Source of the DNA: Candidatus Thorarchaeota archaeon
Lineage (GTDB): Archaea > Asgardarchaeota > Thorarchaeia > Thorarchaeales > Thorarchaeaceae
Assembly (NCBI GenBank): GCA_016933575.1
Contig: JAFGAR010000081.1
Coordinates: 128,001 to 192,000 of the forward strand
Length of the DNA: 64,000 bases
Reading direction: 5' to 3'
The notes below the pieces were generated by a model. The model was not told the origin of the DNA. It saw only the letters and a program-made list of their open reading frames with translations, and did not search any database. Shown here piece by piece: positions 29,273 to 38,390 of this stretch (position 1 is its first letter; every line of letters starts with the position of its first letter). A program made the translations under genes and the position numbers.

Positions 29273-29830
29273 ATGTCAAAGAACGAAATTCCTGAATATA
29301 TCCAATCACTTCGGACCGATTTAGGATTTGATTTTGTTGACCTTTACCAACAAGGTCAGAGAGTCATTGCTACAGTTTCACCTGAACAGTATTCATATGT
29401 TTTAGAATTGACAAAAGCGCGAGTCGAACAAGACTATCAAGCAGGAAAATTAGACTTAATCACTGCGAGTACGATTTTTCTCACCGTTCTTCAATTGAGT
29501 AATGAAGTAGAGGATTTAGAATCTCAAATTATAACACTTTGTAACTTGGGAATAATGTATCAAAATTCACGTGCATATGATGTGGCGTTAACATTTGCAG
29601 CTGAAGCGATTAAAATTGCGCATAAACATAATTTACTTGAGATGAAACTCAAAGCTCTGCAGGTAGTTTCCCTAGTATATACTAATACCTCAGAAAGTCA
29701 GAAACATATCGACGTTTTGGAAGAGGTAGCAAAAATCTATGGAAAACTAGGACAACTGGACAAAAAGGCAGAAATCGAGGCGCAGATTAAGCAATTTAAG
29801 GAGTTTATGGCGATTCTAGGAAGGTCTTAG
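29273..29830 (+). CDS. TPR-like helical repeat protein
   Basis: LCNLGIMY...ALTFAAEAIKIA and VAKIYGKLG TPR-like helices; AT-rich codons. Confidence 0.7.
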   Translation: MSKNEIPEYIQSLRTDLGFDFVDLYQQGQRVIATVSPEQYSYVLELTKARVEQDYQAGKLDLITASTIFLTVLQLSNEVEDLESQIITLCNLGIMYQNSRAYDVALTFAAEAIKIAHKHNLLEMKLKALQVVSLVYTNTSESQKHIDVLEEVAKIYGKLGQLDKKAEIEAQIKQFKEFMAILGRS

Positions 29831-29871
29831 TGAAAGTTGATGTATATCATTGAAAATCAGGTAGCTATCGT

Positions 29872-29906
29872 CATAAAAAGGAAATGGCGTGAGGGGATTC
29901 CCTCAC
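29872..29906 (-). terminator. hairpin between converging gelsolin and TPR genes
   Basis: GTGAGGG-GATT-CCCTCAC stem (29889-29906) followed on the minus strand by GCCATTTCCTTTTT. Confidence 0.6.
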
Positions 29907-29926
29907 TTAATTAATGTAATAGAATA

Positions 29927-30523
29927 TCAGGGAAATGCCTTAAGAAACTCTTCTGGTTCATCTCCTTCCTCAATAATTTCGATGTCTTGAACACCAACCC
30001 GTTCAGCATCATATCTACGAGCAAGAATGTTCCCATCGAACTTCTCCCTAGCCGAGGCTTCCTTTCCTCGCCATACAAAGATGTCATCCCATGTATCAAG
30101 GATGAAGACATCATCAGTCTTGAGAGATTTTCTATTGACAGGAACTTCAGCAAAGAAGGTCTCGTCACCTTCTCGGTGGACCTTCCAGAGCTTGTACTCG
30201 TGAGTCTCAAGGTGAACTTTTCGTAGAATTCCCTCTGTATCTTGATCAGTAAGCTGAAAATCATCGAACAGACTCTTGAATTCCTGTGGTTCATTCCCTC
30301 CTTCTATACGGTCAATATCTGCTTTTCCCTCGCGTTCTGTGTCACGCATGACGGCAGCAGCCGCAGTCAGGAATTTCTCATCAACAGTCGACTTAGGTCC
30401 AATCCAGAGGTAAATCTTCAGTCCAGCATCGACAAGATAACAGTCTCCTCGACCAAATTTTCCTGGATCTGGCATCCTAACAAGTCGGCCCTTTTGAATA
30501 TGATAAACGATTGGTTCCGGCAT
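29927..30523 (-). CDS. two-domain gelsolin (2DGel)
   Basis: Two repeats of DCYLVD/DVFILD..IYLWIG/IFVWRG..S..EK..GxEPxEF. Confidence 0.92.
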   Translation of the reverse strand: MPEPIVYHIQKGRLVRMPDPGKFGRGDCYLVDAGLKIYLWIGPKSTVDEKFLTAAAAVMRDTEREGKADIDRIEGGNEPQEFKSLFDDFQLTDQDTEGILRKVHLETHEYKLWKVHREGDETFFAEVPVNRKSLKTDDVFILDTWDDIFVWRGKEASAREKFDGNILARRYDAERVGVQDIEIIEEGDEPEEFLKAFP

Positions 30524-30592
30524 GAAGCAAAATTATACTTTTCAGTCCTTAAATGATTGTGTGATTCATTCATATCAGTTCCAATCAGCTCT

Positions 30593-31252
30593 CTAATTGC
30601 AGTCTATCAGACTCATTGTGACATTATAGAAGTATTTGACCAATCCAGAGAAATTCCATGCAGAATAGGTCATGACTGAAGGAACTCCTGTAATCGTTGA
30701 TGTGATCGTAAGCCATACATACCCCCGTTGGTCCTCATATGAATAATGACCAACTGAGAATTCCTCTCGCAAAGACCTTGACAGGTATGATTCTATGGTC
30801 TGATTTACGAATTCGGGGATAGTATCCGGATAGAAAGAATCCAATATTGGCCACGGTCCGACTGGAAGAAAACATCTAGAACATACTGTATCTAGTTCAC
30901 TATAGAGTGTCAAGGGAATCTCTGTTCCATTCTCGAAGACCACATCCGTCTTCATATATTCGATTATCTGTTCAGAGAATTGATTTCCACTAAGAATAAT
31001 TGACTTGTTGGGAAGTGTGACCAGCTCGATAAGTATGTAGCTATTGTTTAGAACTGCTTGCGGTATTGGATAGAAAAAATGCCCCGACTCCCGATATCCT
31101 ACTACTGAAACGTTGTAGACGAACTGGTCGTTCTCTTCGACTTTCCAATCAAAGAATAGATACTGTCGTAGACTATCTGTTATTGTGGCAACTCCTACGG
31201 TAATGATTATAGTAATTGCAATGGCAGCCATTAATTTTCTACGATAGTTCAT
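30593..31252 (-). CDS. hypothetical secreted or membrane-anchored protein
   Basis: Start reassigned to MNYRRKLMAAIAITIII (basic + hydrophobic signal); several N-glycosylation sequons. Confidence 0.65.
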   Translation of the reverse strand: MNYRRKLMAAIAITIIITVGVATITDSLRQYLFFDWKVEENDQFVYNVSVVGYRESGHFFYPIPQAVLNNSYILIELVTLPNKSIILSGNQFSEQIIEYMKTDVVFENGTEIPLTLYSELDTVCSRCFLPVGPWPILDSFYPDTIPEFVNQTIESYLSRSLREEFSVGHYSYEDQRGYVWLTITSTITGVPSVMTYSAWNFSGLVKYFYNVTMSLIDCN

Positions 31253-31358
31253 TGGGAAGTCCCTACCCTTGATACTGTTGCGTACAGACTCCCTTTTGGT
31301 CATTACGATTTGAGAGTAACATACTATTCTTATCTGTAGAACGTTCCTGGAAAATGAA

Positions 31359-32162
31359 ATGCCCGAACTCCCTGAATTAGAAGTCATCAGTGCCCACCTA
31401 ACGAATTTGCTTGTTGGTGAAAGCATCACTAAGGTCTCTGTACACAATCCACTTGTCATTCATGGGCTCCCAATTGATGATTTCATTCAAGGGGCAATTA
31501 ACGAGAGGTTCGATAGTTTTCGGGCAGATGGCAAATTCCTGATAGCAAGTCTTGAGAACCATGATCTGGTAGTCAATCCTATGCTTACTGGTAGATTCAG
31601 AGTTATCCCTCGACACAAAAAGCCAACGAAGGTCGATATGTTCTCTATTCAAACCAGTGGTCACACTTTTTGGTATTCTGATACCAAAAAGATGGGGCGT
31701 GTCTACCTTGTTACTAGGGGCGACTATTCTAATGTGGCTGGTTTTGCTAATAGAGGTCCGTCACCTTTTGATACTATTTTGACCTCCAATTTTTTCCAAG
31801 AACGCCTCAAACACCATACTGGCCAAATCAAGAACGTACTACGGAATCAGCGTTTCGTGAAAGGCATCGGTAATGCCTATGCTGATGAAATCCTTCTCTA
31901 TGCAGGTATCTCACCTTTTAGAAAATGTTCATCACTAAGTCACGATGAAGTGGAACAACTCTATACAGCCATGAAGAAGGTTCTAATTAAAATCTATGAC
32001 ATTCTTCAGACTAGAACTCTGGATGATATAGCAGTTGAGAAACGCGACTTTCTAATGATCCATAATAGAGGTGGAGAAATCTGTCCTCTCTGTGGAGGAC
32101 GAGTATCTGAAGTGCGAGCGAACCGGTATAAGACGAATTATTGTCAGACTTGTCAGAAATAG
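31359..32162 (+). CDS. mutM: formamidopyrimidine-DNA glycosylase (Fpg/Nei family)
   Basis: N-terminal PELPE, GKFL, GIGNAYADEIL H2TH, C-terminal CPLCG..CQTCQ. Confidence 0.9.
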   Translation: MPELPELEVISAHLTNLLVGESITKVSVHNPLVIHGLPIDDFIQGAINERFDSFRADGKFLIASLENHDLVVNPMLTGRFRVIPRHKKPTKVDMFSIQTSGHTFWYSDTKKMGRVYLVTRGDYSNVAGFANRGPSPFDTILTSNFFQERLKHHTGQIKNVLRNQRFVKGIGNAYADEILLYAGISPFRKCSSLSHDEVEQLYTAMKKVLIKIYDILQTRTLDDIAVEKRDFLMIHNRGGEICPLCGGRVSEVRANRYKTNYCQTCQK

Positions 32163-32229
32163 CACGGTGTCATAATACTAATCAGTCAGATTGAGTGTAT
32201 ATTTCATCAATACTGGGAGCTGATTAGAG

Positions 32230-33411
32230 TTGGACAAATGGGAAGAGACCTTCCTTCGTGAGATTGTTGAACTGGACACGAATAGCGATGAGAAGAAAAA
32301 CTACCAAGCATGTGTTGATATCATCCAAAAATACTGCGAAGATGCTGGATTAAAGGTTGAGGTCTTCGACTCGAAGCATGATGGAATACCACAGCCCAAT
32401 ATCGTTGCAACAATGGATGCTAGTGCTAAGACCACGGTTCTTCTATGTACTCATTATGACGTTGTTCCTCCTGGAGATACTGCGGATTGGACCTATCCTC
32501 CCTTCAAATTAACAATGAAGGGTAGCAAAGCCTATGGCCGGGGTGTGACTGATGATAAAGGGAATATAGTTGCATCGGTGAGTGCGGCAAAAGAGCTCAT
32601 CAAGAGAGGTAGCTCGAAAGTAAATTGGAAGATTCTGATTAGTCCCAACGAAGAAATCGGTGGTGAGTGGGGCATAGACTACCTCATGAACGGACCTCCA
32701 AAGATTCGAGGTGATTTTGGTATAGTAGTGGACTCGGGACCTGAGTATGTCAGTATTGGTGCAAGTGGCGTGATTGCTGGAACAATAACAGTTCATGGAA
32801 CTCAAGGGCATGCCGGCTATCCATTCAAGTTTGCGAATGCTATCCATCTCTCAATTCCAGTTATGCAGTCAATGCTGGACTATGTAGATCTTCGTAGAAA
32901 GGTTGAGTCTGAATATCCTGCTCCTCCAGGAAGCCCTCATCGTACACTCTGGGGACGTTTCTCTATGACAGTCTATCAGGCTGGAAGCAAGACCAACACA
33001 ATTCCTGGCAAGGCTGAAATCTCCTTCGACTGTCGTACTATCCCAGAGGAGGATGTTGAGGAGGTCGCTAAAGATCTTGAGCAGTTCTTTAAGCGTGTGA
33101 AAGAAGAGACCTGTGTTGAGGCATCTCTTGCTTTTAAAACAAAACATGACGGATGGGGGTCGGACAAAGATCATCCAATGATACAAAAATTTCACTCCAC
33201 GGTGAAGGAATTAGTAGACCCTGCGATAGTGATATCCGCAGATCTTGGTGGAAATGACGGTCACTATTTCACATCACATAGGATTCCCACAGTCTGTTTT
33301 GGCACGCTGAGAGATGATAATAACTATCATGGACTCGATGAGTTTATGCACATCGATGATTTTGATACAGTGAAAAATGTTCTAATCCACTTTGCAGAGA
33401 CGTGTGAATGA
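32230..33411 (+). CDS. M20 metallopeptidase / ArgE-DapE family deacylase
   Basis: HYDVVPPG, YGRGVTDDKG, NEEIGG, GHAG, GGND, YHGLDE. Confidence 0.9.
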   Translation: MDKWEETFLREIVELDTNSDEKKNYQACVDIIQKYCEDAGLKVEVFDSKHDGIPQPNIVATMDASAKTTVLLCTHYDVVPPGDTADWTYPPFKLTMKGSKAYGRGVTDDKGNIVASVSAAKELIKRGSSKVNWKILISPNEEIGGEWGIDYLMNGPPKIRGDFGIVVDSGPEYVSIGASGVIAGTITVHGTQGHAGYPFKFANAIHLSIPVMQSMLDYVDLRRKVESEYPAPPGSPHRTLWGRFSMTVYQAGSKTNTIPGKAEISFDCRTIPEEDVEEVAKDLEQFFKRVKEETCVEASLAFKTKHDGWGSDKDHPMIQKFHSTVKELVDPAIVISADLGGNDGHYFTSHRIPTVCFGTLRDDNNYHGLDEFMHIDDFDTVKNVLIHFAETCE

Positions 33412-34536
33412 ATGGTTAACATGCATGACTTGGAGATTGGAGCTCCTGGACCTTTTCTTCCGCCCTGGGAAAACGCCCTAAAGAATGCAAAGACTATCGA
33501 CTCTCTTGGATATGATAGTATGGCATTTCCTGACCATCTTGCAGGATTTATTCCTGAGAGTATCTGGACACCTGATATTACTCCCCTTGCTTTTCTTCAG
33601 CAATCACCACATACCTACTATGACATGGCAACGATTATGGGTGCATGTGCAGCAGTCACAGAAAACGTGAAACTGGTATCCGCAGTAACTGAACCGATAC
33701 GAAGACACCCCGCACTCATCGCACAGACATTTCTAACACTTGATCATATTAGTAATGGTCGAGTCGTTCTGGGTATAGGTGCAGGTGAGATAGAGAATGT
33801 AGAACCTTACGGATTATCTTATGCTGGTCAAGTTGGAAGACTTCGTGAATCTCTCAAAATTATCAAACTGATTTGGAGCACTCATGAACCATTTGATTTT
33901 GAGGGTAAGTTCTGGTCGATGAAAGATGCGGTGATGTCACTTCGTCCTGCAGTTGAAGGAAGTCCTCCTCCAATATGGATTGCTGCCCATGGTCCTAAGA
34001 TGCTTGAAATCACCGCAGAATTTGGTGATGGTTGGATCCCCACCTTGCTCCCGCCTAAGGACTATGGCGAAAAATTAAGGACCATCCAATCACTTCGAAA
34101 GAAGAATGACAGAGAGGGTCCGTTTACAGCAGCCCTTTGGAACTGGTGCGTTCTAGACAATGATGTTTCTGAATGCGAAAGAATGATGAATACCCCTCTG
34201 GCAAAGGCATTTGCCCTCTTATTGCCAGCAAGCGAGTGGAAACGTCTTGGTTTTAATCATCCCTTTGGAGATACTTTCCACTCACTCACTGATTACATCC
34301 CTATGCGATACGATAGGGAAGCTACTCTCAAAGCAATAGAAGCTGTTCCAATGGAGATACTTGACAATTTCTATATGTCTGGCGATGCTGAGTCTATGAT
34401 AAAGCAGCTCGAAAATTATGCTCACCAAGGACTCAATCACATTATTCTATGGAATGCAACAGGCATGTATGATCTATCAAAGACCAAGTCATCTTATAGC
34501 GTAATGAAGGAGGTTTTATCGTATGTCAAAGGATAG
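33412..34536 (+). CDS. LLM-class (probably F420-dependent) oxidoreductase
   Basis: FPDHL, RRHPALIAQTFLTLDHISNGRVVLGIGAGE, PPIWIAAHGPKML..GDGWIP. Confidence 0.9.
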   Translation: MVNMHDLEIGAPGPFLPPWENALKNAKTIDSLGYDSMAFPDHLAGFIPESIWTPDITPLAFLQQSPHTYYDMATIMGACAAVTENVKLVSAVTEPIRRHPALIAQTFLTLDHISNGRVVLGIGAGEIENVEPYGLSYAGQVGRLRESLKIIKLIWSTHEPFDFEGKFWSMKDAVMSLRPAVEGSPPPIWIAAHGPKMLEITAEFGDGWIPTLLPPKDYGEKLRTIQSLRKKNDREGPFTAALWNWCVLDNDVSECERMMNTPLAKAFALLLPASEWKRLGFNHPFGDTFHSLTDYIPMRYDREATLKAIEAVPMEILDNFYMSGDAESMIKQLENYAHQGLNHIILWNATGMYDLSKTKSSYSVMKEVLSYVKG

Positions 34537-35095
34537 GATCGTTCTTGTTACACAGAACAAGCACAAGCTTGCAGAGATCACCTCTCTCTTTAACGAATAC
34601 AAAATCTCTTTTGACACTACTGACTTGGAAAAATTGGAAATACGTTCTCAGAACGTTAAGTCGATAGCAATAGCCGCGGCGAAACATGCATATGAAACCC
34701 TCCAACGCCCTGTTGTGGTCGATGATACAGGATTCTTCGTGGAAGCTTTGAACAATTTTCCAGGTTCCTATGCCGCATATGTCTTACAGACAATAGATTG
34801 TGCTGGAATACTCAGACTTCTCGAAGGTGAAAAAAATCGTAATGCAAAGTTTGTTACAGCTGTAGCATTTTGTGACCACAATCATCTCGAAGTATTTCTT
34901 GGCGAGATGACTGGTACTGTAAGTCAGAAACCATCTGGGAAGGGAGGCTTTGGATACGATCCTATCTTCATTCCAGAGGGCTACTCCCAAACTTATGCCG
35001 AATTATCCTTCTCTGAAAAAGTTAGAATCTCTCATCGAACACGTGCATTTCGAGCATTTCTTGAATGGAAAACCCACATACCTGACAATCCTTAA
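34523..35095 (+). CDS. rdgB: non-canonical purine NTP pyrophosphatase (RdgB/Ham1)
   Basis: TQNKHK, DDTGFFVEALNNFPG, GFGYDPIF, KVRISHR. Confidence 0.93.
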   Translation: MSKDRIVLVTQNKHKLAEITSLFNEYKISFDTTDLEKLEIRSQNVKSIAIAAAKHAYETLQRPVVVDDTGFFVEALNNFPGSYAAYVLQTIDCAGILRLLEGEKNRNAKFVTAVAFCDHNHLEVFLGEMTGTVSQKPSGKGGFGYDPIFIPEGYSQTYAELSFSEKVRISHRTRAFRAFLEWKTHIPDNP

Positions 35096-35129
35096 GTCAG
35101 AATATTGTGCCCATAAAATAGGTGTTTAG

Positions 35130-35882
35130 ATGTCCGTCAGTGAGGCAACCATCAAAGCCTTGAAACAACTTGGCCTTACGGAATATGAAACTCAGGCATA
35201 TCTTGCCCTGATTGGAGGTGGTCAGATGGGCGCCTCAGATGTTTCTACGAAGTCAAAGGTTCCATTCTCTAGGATTTATGATGTACTTGGACGCCTCGAG
35301 GAAAAGCAGTTCATCCAAGTACGGAAAGGGCGTCCTACAACCTACGTGGCTAAGGCACCTACTGAGGTTATGCGGCTCATCCGGCTTGACTGGGAGGAGC
35401 GGCTCAAAGAATCAAGTTCTCTTGTTATCTCCGAGTTGCAACCATTATATGAGCGAGAAGAACATGCTACAACAAGAGATGTGTGGGTTGTTCATGGTCG
35501 GGCATCTATCCTGGCGAAGGCCATGGAGATGCTTGACTCCGCAAAGGAAGAGGTTCTTCTCTCATTGCCTTCTTTTGATTTCTCTGCTGAAGATGTAGAT
35601 GCTATAGTCGAACGTGTTTTGGGTGTGAAGGCTAAGGTTCGTATTCTGACATCTTCTATTGCAGATACACTCAAAGAACTCATACCTCGCCAGTTCGAAG
35701 TCAGAACTCGAGACAGAGTCTTTGGCGCAGGCTTGGTCGTAGATCAGAGAGATACTCTAATCATGTTGGCTGGGGGTGAACAGAGTGACGAGTTCTTGGG
35801 CATCTATAGCAGTCATGCTATCTTCGCGGCAATGAGTTCATCATACTTTGAATCATTATGGAAGGACTCAACTCCACTTTAG
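35130..35882 (+). CDS. TrmB family transcriptional regulator
   Basis: LGLTEYETQAYLAL, VPFSRIYDVLGRLEEK, GRPTTY. Confidence 0.92.
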   Translation: MSVSEATIKALKQLGLTEYETQAYLALIGGGQMGASDVSTKSKVPFSRIYDVLGRLEEKQFIQVRKGRPTTYVAKAPTEVMRLIRLDWEERLKESSSLVISELQPLYEREEHATTRDVWVVHGRASILAKAMEMLDSAKEEVLLSLPSFDFSAEDVDAIVERVLGVKAKVRILTSSIADTLKELIPRQFEVRTRDRVFGAGLVVDQRDTLIMLAGGEQSDEFLGIYSSHAIFAAMSSSYFESLWKDSTPL

Positions 35883-35953
35883 GACCTTATATCCCTCGCA
35901 TGAGAAAATAATGATTGGTAACACACGATTTGAATTATTGCGGTGGGGTAGTG

Positions 35954-37366
35954 ATGACACAATCCGATACTGGTGGTACAGCTCAGGAAGATACTTCGAT
36001 GCCAGCTGAAGACAAAGTAAAACTCCAGAAGAAACTCTCTCCAAGTGCTCAAGCAATTCTTCGATTTGTGCAACTATTTGAAGAAAAGGGTGAGATAGAT
36101 GTATTCCAAGAAGATGCTGAATTCAAGCGGCTTCGTCAAATCGTCCTGTCCTATCGAGGAAGCCTCTACTCTCTGTTAGAAAGAAGATTACAAGAAGTGA
36201 TTGACCTTGGTGGGGTTGAGATAATTACCCAGAGAGATATTATGAGTCTCATAGTCCAGCTATGGGAAGATAATATCTCCAAATTAACGAAGACAGAAGT
36301 ACCATATCTTGAAGCCACTCTAAAATACCCTGGCGACTCCCTGAACCCCCTCTCCAAATGGGCTGGAATGAGTTATGCCCAAGCCCGACGTGCTCAGAAA
36401 AGGCTCAGTGATAGTGAAGTTCTTAAAATCGGTGGTATGTTAAATTTAGAACAACTTGGTCTTGAACGTGTTTTAATCATCTTGGAATCGCCTTCCCTTG
36501 TCCTTTCTGGCCCTTACTGTCAGACAATGCTGTTTATCGATGGTCATTCTCCACGTGTTCTGATTGTTGCTATAGTTCCTAGCAATAAACGAGAAGATCT
36601 TCTTGATACTGTAAGAAGTTTCAGGAATACTACCACAAATGCATCTGTCTACAATCTATCCCCAGGTAAACCGAGTTTCAGCGGACTTTATTCGGATCCA
36701 AAGAAGGGATGGAATCTTGACCTCCTCCATTTTCGTCTCATGCTCAGGAAAGGTGGTGATCCTATCACCCTCTCAGATGTCCCTCCCCCTTCACTCTCAG
36801 AACCTACCAAGTTCACATATTCCGAAACAAGAGTGATGGATGCGATGACTGAGAGTCTGGACCGAACAGCCCAAGAAATCGTAGCAGCAACAAAACTCTC
36901 ACCCTCAACAGTCTTTAGAAAACGCGCTCAGTTCCTTAGCAATGGCACTATTCTCCCCAGAGCCAGAGTCAACATACCTGCGCTCAATGATAGGCTTCTT
37001 CTTCTCCTCAGTCCAGAAGTTGGTGGCAATATCAGTCCAGCTTGGCAAAATCTACCATTGACCTATTCTAGTCATATTACTAATCTCGAGGATAAATCCG
37101 AAAGAAAAGTTCTACTCCTATCTGCACTCCCAACTGGCTCTGGATCCTCTGTACTCGATATTTTAAATGACGAGACCTCAAAGATCGATGATTATTCTGC
37201 TTGGAGTGTTGCTGCAGGGATTGGTGGATTGACTAAAGTATCAAATCTCTATGACCGTAGAAAGAATAGTTGGGCTTGGGATGTTTCTAGACATTTCGAT
37301 GCAATAGGCTATAGTGCAGCTCGACACGAGGCCAGTTCATCAAACACACCTCTTGATCTAGCCTAA
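35954..37366 (+). CDS. protein with two Lrp/AsnC-like wHTH modules
   Basis: LSKWAGMSYAQARRAQKRL...LNLEQLGL and EIVAATKLSPSTVFRKRAQF..GTI. Confidence 0.55.
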   Translation: MTQSDTGGTAQEDTSMPAEDKVKLQKKLSPSAQAILRFVQLFEEKGEIDVFQEDAEFKRLRQIVLSYRGSLYSLLERRLQEVIDLGGVEIITQRDIMSLIVQLWEDNISKLTKTEVPYLEATLKYPGDSLNPLSKWAGMSYAQARRAQKRLSDSEVLKIGGMLNLEQLGLERVLIILESPSLVLSGPYCQTMLFIDGHSPRVLIVAIVPSNKREDLLDTVRSFRNTTTNASVYNLSPGKPSFSGLYSDPKKGWNLDLLHFRLMLRKGGDPITLSDVPPPSLSEPTKFTYSETRVMDAMTESLDRTAQEIVAATKLSPSTVFRKRAQFLSNGTILPRARVNIPALNDRLLLLLSPEVGGNISPAWQNLPLTYSSHITNLEDKSERKVLLLSALPTGSGSSVLDILNDETSKIDDYSAWSVAAGIGGLTKVSNLYDRRKNSWAWDVSRHFDAIGYSAARHEASSSNTPLDLA

Positions 37367-37424
37367 GGTGTCATATGGCGCAATTCATATCTTGTGTTAT
37401 GTATCAGTCGTAAGTGAGTCACAA

Positions 37425-38390
37425 ATGTTAGATCTGGTATTCCTCGGAACTGGAGGAAGCATGCCGACTGAGAATCGGAATCTTCCAGCGATAGCAATTC
37501 GATTTGAGGGGTGGATCTTTCTTTTTGATGCTGGAGAAGATGTTCAGAGACAATTCGAGACCGCTCAACTCGGACTGAACAAGAACATGGCAATCTTCAT
37601 TTCCCATATGCATGCAGACCATGTGCTTGGTCTGGCTGGACTCCTATTGAGATTCTCACTCCTTGGGCGTCAAAAGCCCTTGAAGATCTATGGTCCTAAG
37701 GAGCTAATTGAATTTGTAAAGGTGAATCAATCCACTATCAATCTTGGTACGACCTTTGAAACCACTGTTCACGCCATCGAGCCGGGACTGGTATTTCAAG
37801 AAGGTCCTGTCAATATTCGAGCCTTTCCTGTGGACCACCGTGGGTATGCATTAGGGTACGAATTCACTATTCAAAAACCCACTGGCGAATTCTTACCGGA
37901 GAAGGCCGAAGATCTTGGTGTTCCAAAGGGTCCCTTGTGGGGAAAGCTCGCAGATGGTGAGTCCGTTGCTCTTCAGAATGGTTCGACGGTCTCTCCTGAT
38001 GATGTAACAGGACCAGCTCCCAAGCCTTTGAGAGTTGTCTACTCTGGTGATACGCGACCATGCCGCTCTCTGAGAGATGCCATGATAAGCGCAGACATAG
38101 CAATCTCTGAAGCTATGTATACTGTAGAACATGCAGATCTTGCAGAAGAACGGGGTCATTCAACTGCAAAAGATATTGCTGAGATGGCGTTAGAATCAGG
38201 AGTGAAACTTCTCATTTTAACACATTATAGTCCGCGATATTTTGACGGAACGGCAATCTTGGAGGAGGGACAGAGCATCTTTCCAAATACAATTCTCGCT
38301 CGTGATTTGCTTCATCTTCAGATGGACAAGTATGGGAATAGTATAGTCATCAAGTCCGGTCTCATGCCTCCAACTAAAGATCAAACTTGA
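37425..38390 (+). CDS. rnz: ribonuclease Z
   Basis: FLGTGGSMPTENRN, FDAGE, HMHADH, GP-rich exosite, YSGDT, HST, THYSPRY. Confidence 0.95.
   Translation: MLDLVFLGTGGSMPTENRNLPAIAIRFEGWIFLFDAGEDVQRQFETAQLGLNKNMAIFISHMHADHVLGLAGLLLRFSLLGRQKPLKIYGPKELIEFVKVNQSTINLGTTFETTVHAIEPGLVFQEGPVNIRAFPVDHRGYALGYEFTIQKPTGEFLPEKAEDLGVPKGPLWGKLADGESVALQNGSTVSPDDVTGPAPKPLRVVYSGDTRPCRSLRDAMISADIAISEAMYTVEHADLAEERGHSTAKDIAEMALESGVKLLILTHYSPRYFDGTAILEEGQSIFPNTILARDLLHLQMDKYGNSIVIKSGLMPPTKDQT

Noticed and set aside
31253-31459. Upstream part of the 288-aa minus-strand ORF
   Set aside because: Overlaps the start of fpg; the signal-like sequence begins at ATG 31252
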